Shown: one piece after another, positions 29,645-43,007 of the stretch
Layout: every line of letters starts with the position of its first letter
Position numbering within the stretch: position 1 is the first letter of the stretch
NCBI RefSeq assembly: GCF_009914755.1
Contig: NC_060940.1
Length of the DNA stretch: 64,000 nucleotides
From: the human T2T-CHM13v2.0 reference genome, Homo sapiens
Reading direction: 5' to 3' (one strand)
Made by a program: the position numbers and the translations under genes
Notes under the pieces: generated by a model
Seen by the model: only the letters and a program-made list of their open reading frames with translations
Databases searched by the model: none
Told to the model about the DNA's origin: nothing

Positions 29645-32460
29645 AAAAGTACTAATGTGGCAATTTCTCCTAAAATTATCTATAAATGCAGTGCAATCCC
29701 AATCAAAAGCCCAATAACTTTTTTTAAATGGAAACAGAAACTAACATTCTAAAATTCAAGTGAAATCTCAAGGAACCAAGAATAGTCAAAACGATCGCAA
29801 AAAAAAGAGATAAAAATGTTCAGAGCTCTAATTTCATAATGAGAAATTTCCTAACGTCAAAAGTTACTCACAGTCATGTTACTCAAAACAGTGTGGTACT
29901 GGGATAGAGACTACAAACAAATGAAATAAAATAGTGTCTCTCAGAGGACACTATCAATAGAGTAACAGGACAACTCTGAATAATAGAACATACTCCATAA
30001 CAATACTCTAATAATACATCTGGCAAGGTATTAATATAGGGAAAATACAAAGTAAAAAGGTTTGAAAATCTTCAACACTCCTCATGATAAAAACATTAAA
30101 TAAACTGGAAATAGAAAAGATATTGTAAGACATCTATAAAAACCCCACAGCTAACATCATACTTGATGTTAAAAGACAAAATGCTTTCTACCTAAGATCA
30201 GAAATAAGACAAAGATGTCTGTTCTCACGACATCTATTCAACATGGTAAAAAAAAAGCTGTTAGCTAGGAAATTAGGCAAGAACATAAAAGTATTAGTGA
30301 TTTTAAAGCAAATACACACATAGCACCCAGGCATAAATACAAAAGCAGACTTTTCACTGCACATAAAGGTGGATACACGCAGACAAAGACACGCAAGCTT
30401 GTTAACTGTCAGAGTTAGCAGCTGAAACACATAAATAAATGCTCAGAGAGACACCCAGTTTAGACCTCTGCTCTCTTTACCACACTCTCCTCCCACATTA
30501 GCAGTAACCACTATCTTACACATTGTTTATTTTACTTGTATTATATATTTATTTTTTCCTAGAATATCAGCTTCAAGTGGGCAGAATTATTTGTTTTGTT
30601 TTAGTCATTGCAGCACCTCCTAGAACATCTGCTACACAGGGCAAGATTAATACATAATAAATCACTGGGCTCAAATTCACACAACTATACACAGTGCTTT
30701 TCCATGAACCTCATCATAGGCCCATATAAACTTGATTTGCACAAAATGAGTTTTTCTTAACTCGATCTTATGTGGCAGGGTGGTGTCTTCTGAACTCCAA
30801 ACAAATTCCTAAAGGTTAGCTTACTCAAATGAATTGAAAATGTAAGTCCACACAAAAACCTGCACAAAAAAGTTTACAGCAATATTAATTGTAGTTTTCA
30901 CAAAACTTGGAAGCAACCAAGATCATGTATTCACCAAGGTCAGAGGTACAAAATTATTATACAAAAATCAATTCTACTTCTATACACTTGCAATGAAATA
31001 TCTAATAATGCAGTTGAGGCAAAAACAAATCCATTTACAATAGCAATTAAATAATAAATCATAGAAATAAATTTTTAAAAATGTGAAAGGAACTTATAAT
31101 CTGAAAACTACAAACCTTATCGAAAGAGGTTGAAGATCTAAATAAATGAGAAACCATTCCATGTTTACGAATCAGTAGGTTTAATACATTATGATGACAA
31201 TAACTCCCCAAACAGTCTACATCCAGTACAATTAGATTCAGTACAATTAGAATTCAAGGTGACTACCATGTAAAAACTGAAGCATTGATGCTGAAATTCA
31301 TATAAAATTAAAAGGGACTAAGAATATCTTTAAAAATCTTTAAAAAGATGCCAAATAAAAGGACTCACAAATTACAACTTCAAAATTTGCCTCAAAGCAA
31401 CCTTAATCAAGATGGTGTAGTAACGACACAAGGAAAGTCATTTAGATCAATGAAATACAACTGAGAGCCCAGAGAGAGTAAAATCAGCAAAATGTCAAGA
31501 ATGTACAGCTCCAAACACCTGCTCCTCCACAGAAACAGGGAAAACCAAGCAGAACTGTCAGAAACGATGTTGTAAAACCTGTTGAAAACCATCAAGTTGT
31601 ACAGCAACCATGTAACTACAAAATCAAGAAAAACAATGAAGAACAGGAGAAAAGCCTCGTGGACTTTTTACACGTCCTTGCCCAAATCCTTCCCTTACTT
31701 GATGGCAGTCTTAAAAACAACATCCTGAGTTGCCAGTATGGGCCTCTGCTCAGTGGTTCCAGAGGGAAAAGAGGAGGTCTTACTTGCAAAGTATTGTGTT
31801 GTTACATTAAAATCTGTATTAGGGCTATCCAGAGGTCTGAAACAAGGCTCTCTTTTTTCTCTAAGTCAGAAAAAAAAATCAGTTTAAAAAATTGGCACGA
31901 GTTACTTGGGAGTATTTTAAGGAAACTGAAAGCCAGCAGCCCCCTGGAGAACAGATTACAGACGACACATACAATAGGTCACATAAAGCCAAGAATAAAA
32001 AGCTAACGTGAGATTTTGTTTTGTTTTACAAATTAGGCTATTAAAAAGCACCCAGGTATGCTGGCAAATTGACAAAGCACTCTGTGCATAACCACGAAAA
32101 ACACATTTTCTTAAAGACCCAAGAAGACCCTCATTTTCAGCACTGGCTGACCTTCAGGCTCAGCTCAGCAGAAAGTGAAGACTGAAGCAAAGTTTTCAAC
32201 AGTCTGCACATGTGTTAAAGGAACGCCCCAGCCCAGAGCCATCCACAAAAACTGGAAGAATCCGTCAGTTTGTCTTTGTCTCAGTTTTGTCATATAGACC
32301 TTTGTGACACACAGATCTATATACAATGGAAACTACAAATTTCTAATGAAAGAGCCATGAAAGATCACAAAAGATCTTAATAAATAGAAAGACATTTAAT
32401 GTGCATGATCATAAAATCTCAATATTGTCAAGATATAATTTCTCCCCAATTTGAGTTATA
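29645..32460 (+). mobile_element. Patchwork of old L1 fragments
   Basis: Sense L1 ORF2-like stretches (AATCCCAATCAAAA, CCCACAGCTAACATCATAC, TCTGAAAACTACAAA) and an L1M 5'-like block at ~31490-32260. Confidence 0.7.
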
Positions 32461-32710
32461 GGCAAGAGAGTCACATCATCTAGGTGATTGGCCAAACATA
32501 TGTCACAATCCCTTCCATTGACAGCTCCCAAAAAAGGAGTTACATCACCTAGGTGCTCAGCTCTGAGATGTGTCACAACATTGCCCAATACAGGCAGGCC
32601 ACAGGCGGGAGAGTCACATTTCCTGGGTGCTTGGCCCAGTGGTATGTCACATTTCCTTATGTAGGAAGGGCACACGTAGCAAGAGAGAGTCACATTACCT
32701 AGGTACTGTG
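32460..32710. repeat. SATR1/SATR2-like satellite fragment
   Basis: Four GAGAGTCACATCACCTAGGTG-like motifs at ~75-bp spacing. Confidence 0.65.
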
Positions 32711-33189
32711 CTAGAGCTATCAGTCTCTGTGTCGTTCAATGTGAGAGTTATGATCTCTTTAGACATCCATGTAACAGAGCCTCAACTCCTTCATCCTCAG
32801 ATGTAAAGGCTAGTGAAGACCAAATAAGCCTTGAAAGGTAATTCCCCTAAAAAGGCAGAATGTCTTAGGCTTTGGCCTCTCCCCTTCAAGCACAATGAGA
32901 TCATAACCTCTCTTTTGACTTCTCACTATGCCCAGCAGTGGAACAAAGCTCCTGACTCCACACCCTCACCTTTCCACCCTTGTGCCTTCACTGGGCAGAC
33001 AAGAGATGAGAAGACCTGAACTCTGGGACAGTCTGGGGAGAAAAGAATCCAAAAAGGGTTGAGGCGGCAAGGGCTGAGCTCCCACGGGTGCCCCGGCCCA
33101 AAGGTGCAGGTCCAGGCTGTTTTCCAGGTGGCATTCAGTGCAGGTTCTTCAATGCCACTGGAAGGCATGAAAAACCCACTGTAGCTGCT

Positions 33190-36100
33190 GCTGCTTCCTT
33201 TTCTTAAGCTGTGAAAATGCAAACACTTTTTCAAGGTTTTCAGATATGCCCAGGTACCCCCAACTGAAAAGGAGGATAATGGCATTGTTCATCATGGCTT
33301 ATTGTCTTGCCCAGGCAGGAGCCAGCCCCTGACTCGCCAATCCAGCTGCCCCAGGCTGGAGGTGATCCTTTCGAGCCTCCTCCCTGCAACTCCACTCCTC
33401 TTTTTTCTCTTCCTCAACCACCGGCATACTTTTGGTCATCCTCCTTGTTGTCACAATGGGGGCGTGATGCCATAAAGACCTGGGAACCCCAATGATCTCA
33501 GGTCCCGCAGGGGTCAGGTGAGCATATAGGAAGTCCAGAAGGACAGTCATCTGCCACCTCCAGTTGAAAAAGAACAAAACCCTCGCACTCCAGAAATGAG
33601 TCAAGAACCCAGCGAAGGCCACAGGTCTAGCCCACAACCACCTAGGTATGTGGGGTCCTCCAAGGCTCACGCTTGTGTCCTGCAGGCTGGAGCCCATGCG
33701 AGGGTCTGCAGTCTTTGTTCCGGATGGGGAACTACTGCTTCAGCTGGTTACCCAGGTGTCCCCGATGGGGAAAGGAAGGAAATGGTGAGAATCTTCAGCA
33801 CAACGGATCACATCACCCTGGCAGAGACCAGTCCGGCCTGCGCATGGCACCAGCAGCCGCAGGCTAGAGGCAGTCATGTCAGGCCTCCTCCATACAGCAT
33901 CTCTCCTGCTTTTTTTTCAAACGGCCCTAATCACTTAATTTGGTCATCTTCCCTGTCACAATGGGGCACCTGGCGCTATAGACACTTGGGAAACACACAG
34001 ATCTGGGGTCCTACAGTGTCCAGGTGAAGACGCCGGGAGTCAGAGAGGAAAGTCTTTTGAAGCCTCCAAAAGGAATGCACAGGACCCCACTTGAAGAGGT
34101 GGAGTGCCCAGTGGCGGATACAGGCCCCACACATCGCAGCAGTAAACAGGTAAGGCGCTCCCTGGCCCATGCCTGTTTCCTGGAAACTGAAGCCATGCCC
34201 AGGCTGGGAGTCACCATTCCAGAAACAGAATAAGCTGTTGGGCTGGCTACCTCACCCAGCACCCGGCCACGCCAGAGAGAATCTTGGATGCTGCTTTCCC
34301 ACAGGCTGTAGTGCCTTCCAAGTTAGGCCACCCTAATAACAGTTCTCCCACAGGGACTCCACGGTGTCCAGCTCTCCAGCCTGGGGTTTCTCATCACCCA
34401 GTGATTCCAAAAGAAACGATCTACAATGGCATGACTAAGTTCCAGAAACAAATAAACAAAATACTGAGGGAAGCCCGTTGGTCACTTTGATTCTTCAAAG
34501 GTGACAATTGTCCCTCCCTGAAATCTTGTGAGTGCATGAACAGGCTATTCTAATGTAAATGAAATTCACACTAAAACTGATTGAAAGATGATTCTGTTTC
34601 CAAGGTACTTTGTATTCTCAAATTGCACCTGCTTACCCTGGCCCCCTCAAAATGGAAGAGTGATGACTATTTGTCTTCGTAGCACTGTGGGGACACAGAG
34701 CCTTAAATGGAAGAGTGTCAAAAGCAACATTCCATAAAGGGCTGTCACTTCCAATTTTCAAGCAAGGTTGGAAACCAACCATGATGTATGAAACACTGTT
34801 GGCCAAAGTGCACAATTAGTAATACAAAATGAATAATATAAACTATTGTAAATATGTGTGGACATCGTGGCAATTTGGACATCAAAAAACACTGCCAAAT
34901 TCAGAAAGAGGAAGCTGTAAACTCATGGCTGTTAGGAAGCTTAACTTCTGTGTACTAGAACCTATCAAAATTAAATTTCTCCATGTCAATCCGTCCAAAC
35001 AAACATTGAGATGTTTATTTCTATATAATTCCTATTGAATCCTACTGGGCAGGACCCTTCTGGCCCCATCCTCACAGCACTGGTGCAGTGAAACTGCACT
35101 TGCTCCTGCTTCCCCCTATATTGTTAGGAGTGGAAATATTTAGTAACAGGGTGGATTGGGAGGCTACTGAGGCCTCCTGCGTGGGTGGGTCAGGTCTCCT
35201 GCAGCCCAAACCTTTTTACAATAAATAAGTTATAGGTAAAATTAGAAAAAAATTAAAAAATGGAACTCATTCTGTTTCTTTGCTCACCACAAAGAGAAAC
35301 ACAGCATCTAGAGATGTCTGTTGGAGCCAGGCTTGTCCTGGGAAAGTAAGAAGTGCTGAGCAGGAGCCCTGGGGATGGAGGGCAGGTGAGATGGGGCTCC
35401 CAGGAAGATGCAGCCAAGCCTGGCTCACTCAGGCTGGCAGGGGCCCTCTGAAGTCCAGGAAAGTTGGTCCAGGACACTGAAACTCAAGTGACTCATCTGG
35501 GCCAAAGATCTGACCAGGTCGCACTGAATCTCATCAGCCCTGCCAACTGGAGGTCTGATCAGCCTTGAAGATCTTGCTCACTGGAGGCAGACAGCTGGTG
35601 GATGGGTCAGGAGAGCTGCCTACTGCCAATGTAGGAGTGCACTCAGTGTAGGCCCGCTGCCCCACTCAGTGGCCTGGATAACCTGCTGAGGCTGCAGCTT
35701 CTTCCAGTTTTTGAGCAATAGGGGCATGCACCATTTCCGAAGGTTTTCAGGCAATCCCTGGTGACCTCTGGCAGGGGGTGGTTATCTTGGCAATCTCCAG
35801 CAGGGCCTATGGACTTGCTCCCAGGCAAAACCCAGCAATCCCTGTGCCTACCCAGGCACTAAGCATTTGTGGTGGGGCTTTCTGGAAGCTCGCCTTCTCC
35901 TGCTGGCTCTTCGTTTTCCCCACCCCGGTACTTCTGGCCATTCTCCCTGTCATCATCACAATGAGACAGCTGGGTGCTGGAGACTCAGAAACTGCCATGC
36001 AGACCTTGAGTCCTTCCCAGGCCCAGCCAACAGGGCAGAGAATCCAGGAGAAAAGTCATTTTCACCTCCTGAAGGACCAGAGCTGACCAGGCACCTAGAA

Positions 36101-38250
36101 GCTGTGCCCCACTGCAGGCTGCCGGTGGAGCTCATGACAAGGCCGGAACAAGGCCGGAACGTGAAGCACTCCCTTGTCTGTCCTTTTTTCCTGAAGGCTG
36201 GGGCTTGCCCGGCCAATGTCACCCTTCAGGACAGGGAATCAGAGCTTTGCATGGCTGCCTTACCCCACCAGGGCAACGCCACAGAGAATCATGGCTGAGG
36301 CTTTCCTGTGGGCTGCAGTGCCTGACCCTTTAGGGTCCCCACAAAAACACCTTTCCTGCAAATAATCCACCGTGTCCTGCTTGCCAGCCTAGGCTTCCTC
36401 ATCAGTTGGTGATTTCAATGAAAACAAACTACAGTGGAATGAACAAGTTCTAAATCAGGAACACACAAAGAATCTGTGGAAAGTCCATTTGTCATCTAGA
36501 TTTTTAAAAGATACACATTTTCCCTTCTTGTTATATTCAGTAGTGCATGAAGCCAATATTATAATAGATGTGCAACTCACACTAAAGCTGACTAAAGGGT
36601 GAATTCTTATTCTAAGGTACTTTGTGGTCTCAAATTTATCTGTTCCCACCCCCAGGACCCCATTAAAACTGAATAATTGTCATTGAGAGCAGATGTAGAA
36701 AGAAACTAGCTAGGCAGATAGAGCAAAGAGTTCTCAACAGAACGTCCCTTCTAACAGAAAGCAACCCAGGAATTCACTTCTCTTTAACAAAGAGCAGCCT
36801 GGAAAATTGGGCTGCAATCATACAAAAGGAAGCTGGAAGCTTGTGTGGGCAGGGATGCCTGCAGCTGCATGGGTAGAAATGACCACCTTGGGCCAGACAT
36901 ATCCAACATGGGGGGCCCCACCCCTCTTTGTAGCATATGCACAGTAGAAAAGAGATAAGCAACTTGGAGTAGCTCAGGCTGAGAATCTGCCTGCATAATA
37001 AAAGGTTGGGGTGTGAGCTGCCAGAGATTCATGCTCTAAGCAGATGACACACCTGGTCCTAACCACTTTTTCATGCCCTATGTGGATAACATACCCCCTC
37101 CCACTAGCTCATCTATAAAAACACTTGTATTTCACTGCAGAATGGCAACTCTTTTTTTCTGGATCCCTCTCTGCAGCAGAGAGCTGTTCTCTTTTTCTCA
37201 CCCATTAAACTTTTGCTCTAACCTCACCTTTGGCATATCTGTGTCCTTGGTTTCCTCGGTCCTGACACCAAGAAGTTCAGGTGTAACCCCAGAAGACACG
37301 GCCAGTTTATCATGACTTGTCTCATTGCCTCTTGGGACATAGAAACGTCAATGAAAATGTGTCCAAAAGGACATTTCATAAAGTGCTCTCTCTTCCAATC
37401 TTCAAGCAATGTGGGACTATCCATCATGTATAAAAAACTTGTGGCTGAAATGCACAATTTCTAATACAAAAATGAATGCTATAAATTACTCTATGTATGT
37501 GTATTATGGCCATTCAGACATCGTCACACATTGCCACATTTAGATAGAAGAACCTGTGAACTTGTGGCTGTTAGGAAGCTTAACTTGTGCATACTGTCAC
37601 CTATGAAAGTTAGTTTTCCCTGCGTTTCTTGAAACCAACCTTGAAATGTCCATCTTGTACACAATTTCTATTTATCCCCAGTGAGGTTCACCCATCTGGC
37701 CCCGCCCTTACAGCCCTGGTACCAATGGAATTGCACTTGCTTATGCTTCTTCAAATTTTCTTGAGGTCATAAACATTTAGTGACAGAGTGGAATGAGAAG
37801 GTACTGAAGCAAGGGCTGATGCCTTCTGGGTAGATGGGTAGAGATCTCCTGCAGCCTGGACATCTTCAAAATAAGTAGGTTATAGGTCAATTTAGAGAAA
37901 AAAATAATACTCTTTCTTTGAACACCACAAAGAGAAAAGCGCTGGATCTAGATGTGTCTGTGAAGCCAGGCTTGTCCTGGGAAAGTGAGAAGAGCTGAGC
38001 AGGAGCCCTGGCAATGGAGGGTGGGTGAGATGTGGTCCCCACGGAGAGACCGCTAGGGTCAGGGCTTGGTACAGTGAGGCTGGCAGGGACCTTCGGAAGG
38101 CAAGGGAAGATGGCCAAGGACACAAGGCTGAAGCAACCCATCTGAGCCAAAGATCTGTTTAGGTCCTTCTGAATCTCAGCAGCCTTGCCAAGGAAGGCAT
38201 GATTACCCATGGGTATCAGAGACACTGGAGGCTGGCAGCTGGCGGGTGGG
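33190..38250. repeat. Diverged low-copy tandem module: body units ~33200-33530, 33730-34030, 35730-36010; tail units ~34690-35600, 37340-38250
   Basis: Shared motifs: TTTGGTCATC..TGTCACAATGGGG, AAGGTTTTCAG, GGCTGTTAGGAAGCTTAACTT (34927 and 37566), GCCAGGCTTGTCCTGGGAAAGT (35326 and 37965). Confidence 0.8.
36694..37312 (+). mobile_element. ERV1 solo LTR (MER50-like)
   Basis: TG...CTAGCTAGGCAGA start, TATA-like CTATAAAA, ATTAAA, and an ACCCCAGAAGACACGGCCAGTTTATCA end. Confidence 0.7.
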
Positions 38251-39582
38251 CCAGGAGGCCTGACTACTGCACAGGTGTGATTTCACTGGCAGGCCAACTG
38301 CAGGGAGTGGATAAAGAGAGAGCTCTGTGTGGGAATCTCTCTCGGTGGATCATCGAAGAGGTGAAGTCTTCTTCATAGCCTCAAACCCAATTTGTGGGAT
38401 AGCAATTCCAGTGAAGCTGGGACAAGCTGGCACTGCTCAACCAGGCCTCCCAAGATACCAGGTTTCTTTCCACCACAGCTGGGCCTGGATTGGGATGTGA
38501 ACATCTATCCCAGAGTCCAGAGGATGGGACCCTGGTCAGTGATGGTGCTGGTGTGTGGTGTGAAGCCAGGTAGGGCAGACTCTTCAGGTGGGAGGAGAAG
38601 ACAGCCTCTCCTGTGGGCTCCTGGGCAAGTCAACACCCTCTTTGGGCCTGTCTCCTCAACTGGAAAATGCAGAAAGCCTGTTGTGCAGGCCTCACAGGGT
38701 CATGATAAGGGGCAAAGGATGAAGGAAACTTCAGAATTCTTGTGCCCACCTCTTCCTGAGAGGGATGATGGTGAGAACAATGGTGATAGCCACATGCAAC
38801 TGAGTCCTCAGGAGGTACTGTGAGGAAGGTGTTGTTCTCATCACACTTCCTAGATGAAAAAACAGTTTCAGGAAGGCCTGGCTGCATGCCCAAGGTTACA
38901 CACACAGTGAGTGTTAAAGCTGGGAGTAAATCTAGAATCAGGACTCACTGGAGCTGGTGGGAGCATTACACCGGCTGACTCAGGCAGTTATCCAAGATCT
39001 GAGGTCGCTGGGGCTGGAGTGTAACTGTGAGACAGGCACAGTCTCACTGACCCTGTTTCTGACTCTACTAGGTAGGAACCTTTTTAAAGAGTCCAGATGG
39101 GGCTGCAGCAGCAGGTGAATTGGCCTATGGTAGGGAGGGGCTCCAGAGAGTCAAGGACAGGGCTCCTCCCTCCCAGCTGGAGTTCTCCACATCAAGAGAC
39201 CTGGGTGTCTTCCTCCTCCAGCCCTGCCCTCCTGTGGCCACAATGCTTGGAATGCCTTCATTAGAGAGACTAGAGAAAGGGCCTGGGAGAGCTAGGCTCA
39301 GAGTAGATTAGACGAAGAGTGAGGGTGGGGACGATCTGACTTTGTGATTTATTAAAATCACACCATAGAGGTAACTAAGAAGTGCTTAGCGTCTTTGGAG
39401 GTCAGCTGTGGAAAGAGGAGGGAAAGATTTTGGGCAAGGAGGTGAAAGGTCCTTGGATGCTCTGAGTGAGAGACTTGGGTACGGGGGTCAAGGAGAAATA
39501 GGTTGGTGAGAGTTCAAAGGAGAGGTCTTGTGCAGTTAGCTGAGAATTGGTGCTCATCACTGCTACCACCTTGATAACACAG

Positions 39583-41025
39583 GCTGCTGTGCCCCCACTC
39601 CCCTCCCCCCCACCCCCCACCCCGGGCACACTTCTCAACAACCTGCAGATGCTGGAAATTGCCATAGAGGATTATAGAGATGTGAGTGAGACTGGGGCAG
39701 GCAGGCAGGGTGGGGACCAGGATCCTGAAGCTTGCGAGGACAGAGTCCTGGACTGAATCCTGAGACTGCAGCACTCAGCAAACCCCTTTCCTGAGAGCCT
39801 ACCAGATGCCCCTGTAAATGGCAGTGTCAGTTCCGTCTTATCTATGAGTGACGGAGCCTCCAGCAAAGACACCATTTCCTGTTCCTTGAGTAGTAAAGCT
39901 GCAGAGCTAAGTCTCAGCCTCTGCCTTAGCTGGTACCCATTGCAGAAGAGAGAAATTGGGCCCCTCCTAAGACAGGCAGGTCCTAAATTGTTGAGTAACT
40001 TCTTTGTTTCCAAGGCCTTTGTCTCCCTATCATCACAGAGAATCAGGGAGAAAGGTCACTGAGCCTCAGTGTCCCTTCTGTGGAGCCCAGAACCTGATGC
40101 AGGTCTAAGTCCTGTTTTATGCACATGCTCTGACCCTGGTGGCCCTGGTGGTGGTGCAGCATAGGAAGTATAAGGGATGAGGTCTAGTCCTGTGTCAGGA
40201 AGCCTTTCTCATGAATCTTGGCTGTCTACCTCCTAAGAACATATAATCAACACTAATAAAGGAAGAAGGTGAGCAGCTGGCGCTGTCGCTTTGAGGGAGG
40301 GTGGGGATGTGAAAGTCAGACACCACCCTGAGGAAGACACTCCTTGGCTCCATCCTCTGCATCTTAGATTTATTGGGAAGGTTTGATACACAGAGAAGCA
40401 GGAGCCCCATCCCAATGGAGGGTTTGATTAGGGGAATAGAATCAATGATAAACTCCTAGAGGAGGGACTGTTTATATCCAACTCTTGAGAACAGGTTGGG
40501 GCTACATGGGATTGGAGGGGAGGGTAGGACCCCTTAAAAGAAAGGCCCTAGAAATTGTCCCTACCCCTTCACACCCCCACAAGTTCCCTTTGTCATCTTC
40601 CACCCAGGACCTGTCAGAATCCTGCCCTTCCTTCTGTCTCCAGATCAAAGTCCTCCAGGAAATGCAGCTGCTTCAGTGACAAGAGATAATCGTCATCTTC
40701 TGACTGAGGAGGAATTTGGGGTTTGGTTCCAGTGCATGAAGCTGCACAGTCAGAATAAAAGATGAGGGCCTAGCAGATTAGCAAAGACTAGGAGAAGACT
40801 CTATCTTGTGGCCAGCTTCAGAGAACCTGGGGCCATAGCTCCCTGGTCAACATTAGGCCTGCTGCATGGGGACCCTGGGCAGGCAGTGGGAAGCCTGAGG
40901 TGTGGCTCCTGGTAGCCTCACAGCTGCCACTATTTTCTGAAGCTCCTCCTACTTGTTTTGTCAGACGGGCCCCTATTCCAGCAGGCCAGCAACACCCTCA
41001 AGACCAAGAACAGGCCATGGTGAAT
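39583..41025 (+). pseudogene. RALGDS/RGL4-like unprocessed pseudogene (RasGEF C-terminal exons ~39583-39681, 40238-40268, 40644-40761, ~40964-41025)
   Basis: Exons read GTLLNNLQMLEIAIEDY|gtgagt, IINTNKGR|gtgagc, cag|IKVLQEMQLLQ*..EEEFGVWFQCMK and ASNTLKTK. Compare recalled RALGDS GTFLTDLVMLDTAMKDY / LINFEKRRK / DEQFGAWFRAVE / ASNTLRTK and RGL4 VLQEMQLLQ. Confidence 0.75.
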
Positions 41026-41339
41026 CTCAGGGCCATTGAGTGCCTGGGCTGGCAGGGGCAGAGTGCCTCAGGGCTCAGTGACATTTGGCCTGAGTGTTGG
41101 CTTTGGGAGTCAGACAGCTGCACTGGGCTCCCAGCTTCACCATGACCAGTAATGTGTCTGGGGCCGGGGCCTCACTGCTCTAAAACTTGAGACACCATAG
41201 TGATAAATTTTACACACCCTTCTAACTGCTTTTTCTTTTTTATCTGTCTTTCTCTATAATCACCATGTACTACTGATCTCTGTTTATTTAAATTAATAAG
41301 CATGTTATACAGTGTGTATTATTCTTCCTCGTGACTTCT

Positions 41340-42700
41340 TTACTACATTGTATGATTCCACTCATATGAGGTACTTACAGTAGTTCCATTCATAGAAACT
41401 CAAAGTAGAAGAGTAGTTCCTAGAGGCCAAAAGGAAGGTAACGGGAACAGAGTTTGAGTTTTGCAAAATGAACAAATTTCCCTATGAATGTGGATGATGG
41501 TTGTAGAACAATGTGAGTATGATTAATTCCTCTGTCCTGCACTTTTAAAAATTGTTAAAATGGTTAATTTTATGTATATTTTACCACAATGTAAAAAAGG
41601 ACTTTTTTAAATGAACAAACTGTAGATATCTGTAACAGCATAAATATCACAAATATAATATTGCATTAAAAAATTGATGTAAAAGTATCCATACTGTGTA
41701 ATTTTTTATATTACACTCAAAAATCAAAACTGAGGTTCTGGCTTCCACTAATGATGAAGTAGCTAACTGAACTAACACTCTCACACAGAAAAATGATGAA
41801 TCCTGGGTAAATTATTATATATCATTATAGAAACATTTCTATATACAATACATACATGAAATATGTGTATATAAAAACTGAATGCATATTTTGGCTATGA
41901 CTTCCATAGGAGAGATAAGTATTGAAGATAGAATCCAGCCCATTTAACACCATCTTTTAAAAACAACACTCTTCACAGGGACAAAACAGAATCCAGTCTT
42001 TTTAATCCAGTCTTGTATACAGTCTCCAGGGCACAATTTCCAATTCAAGGGATGCGTGAAGACACGTGAAAATGTAATAAATACACAAGATAAAAAGCAG
42101 GCAGTAGCCATCTCCAAGATGTCCAAGATGTAAACGGCAGACAAGAATTTGAAGGCAGCTATTATAAACACGCTCATGAGGGCAAAGGAAAATATTCTCA
42201 TAAATGAATAGATGTGAAACATCAGCAGAGAAAAAATAGCCATATAAAAAATGAGAAATAAAAATAATAATTTTGAGCTTTTCTATAGTTCAGAAACAGA
42301 GACATAGCAATATAATTTATCCAATCTGAGGAGAGGAAAAAAAAAAGAAGTTTAAAGAAAATGAACAGAGCCTTACAGACCTGTGGGATGACTGAGTCTG
42401 AGAAAAGGTGAGAGATAGAAAAAATCAAATGGAGTATAAAAGTAAATCAACAAAATTTAAAGAAAATAAACACAGCCTTAGAGACCCATGGAATTATTGA
42501 GCCTGAGGAGAGGAGAGAGACAGAAGAATTAGATGGGTTGGAAAAATAAATCAATAACTAACAGCTGCAAACTTGCAAAAATTGTTCAAAAACCTATTTT
42601 TTTTTTTTTAATCTAAAGATCCACGAATCCCCCACAAAAGTACAAATAAAACCATACCAAGGCCATATTGCAATTTAGGAAAGCAGCAGGCAGGACTTTC
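41340..42700 (+). mobile_element. Old L1 fragments underlying the TP53TG3 3'UTR region
   Basis: L1 3'UTR-like TGTATGATTCCAC..GATGGTTGTAGAACAATGTGAGT and ORF1-like AAATGAACAGAGCCTTACAGACCTGTGGG. Confidence 0.65.
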
Positions 42701-43007
42701 AATTGACTTGATATGATTTATCATTTTTACTATTTGTAAGAATGGAAATAAGTTCTTAGAGTTTTGGTCTTGGAGAAAGTCTGACGTTAAGGACAAACGA
42801 CAGTTATTAAAGGCAGATGACTTTCCAGACTTGTCTTAAATGTTCCATTCTTCACCTTAGAACTTATTTAAATTTGTTTCTTCCAAATACTGCAGTAATA
42901 TTGATGCTCCAGAGAGATGTCCCACGGAGATTCTGCTCTTGTGCGTCTGCCCTGCACGGAGCTGAGGCAGTGTCTATCAGTTTCAGAAGCGAGTAGTCGT
43001 GCAGTAC

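Noticed and set aside
33000-38800. FRG2, RARRES2 or PRR20 pseudogene
   Set aside because: Considered because of the likely chromosomal context, but no translation matched the recalled proteins.
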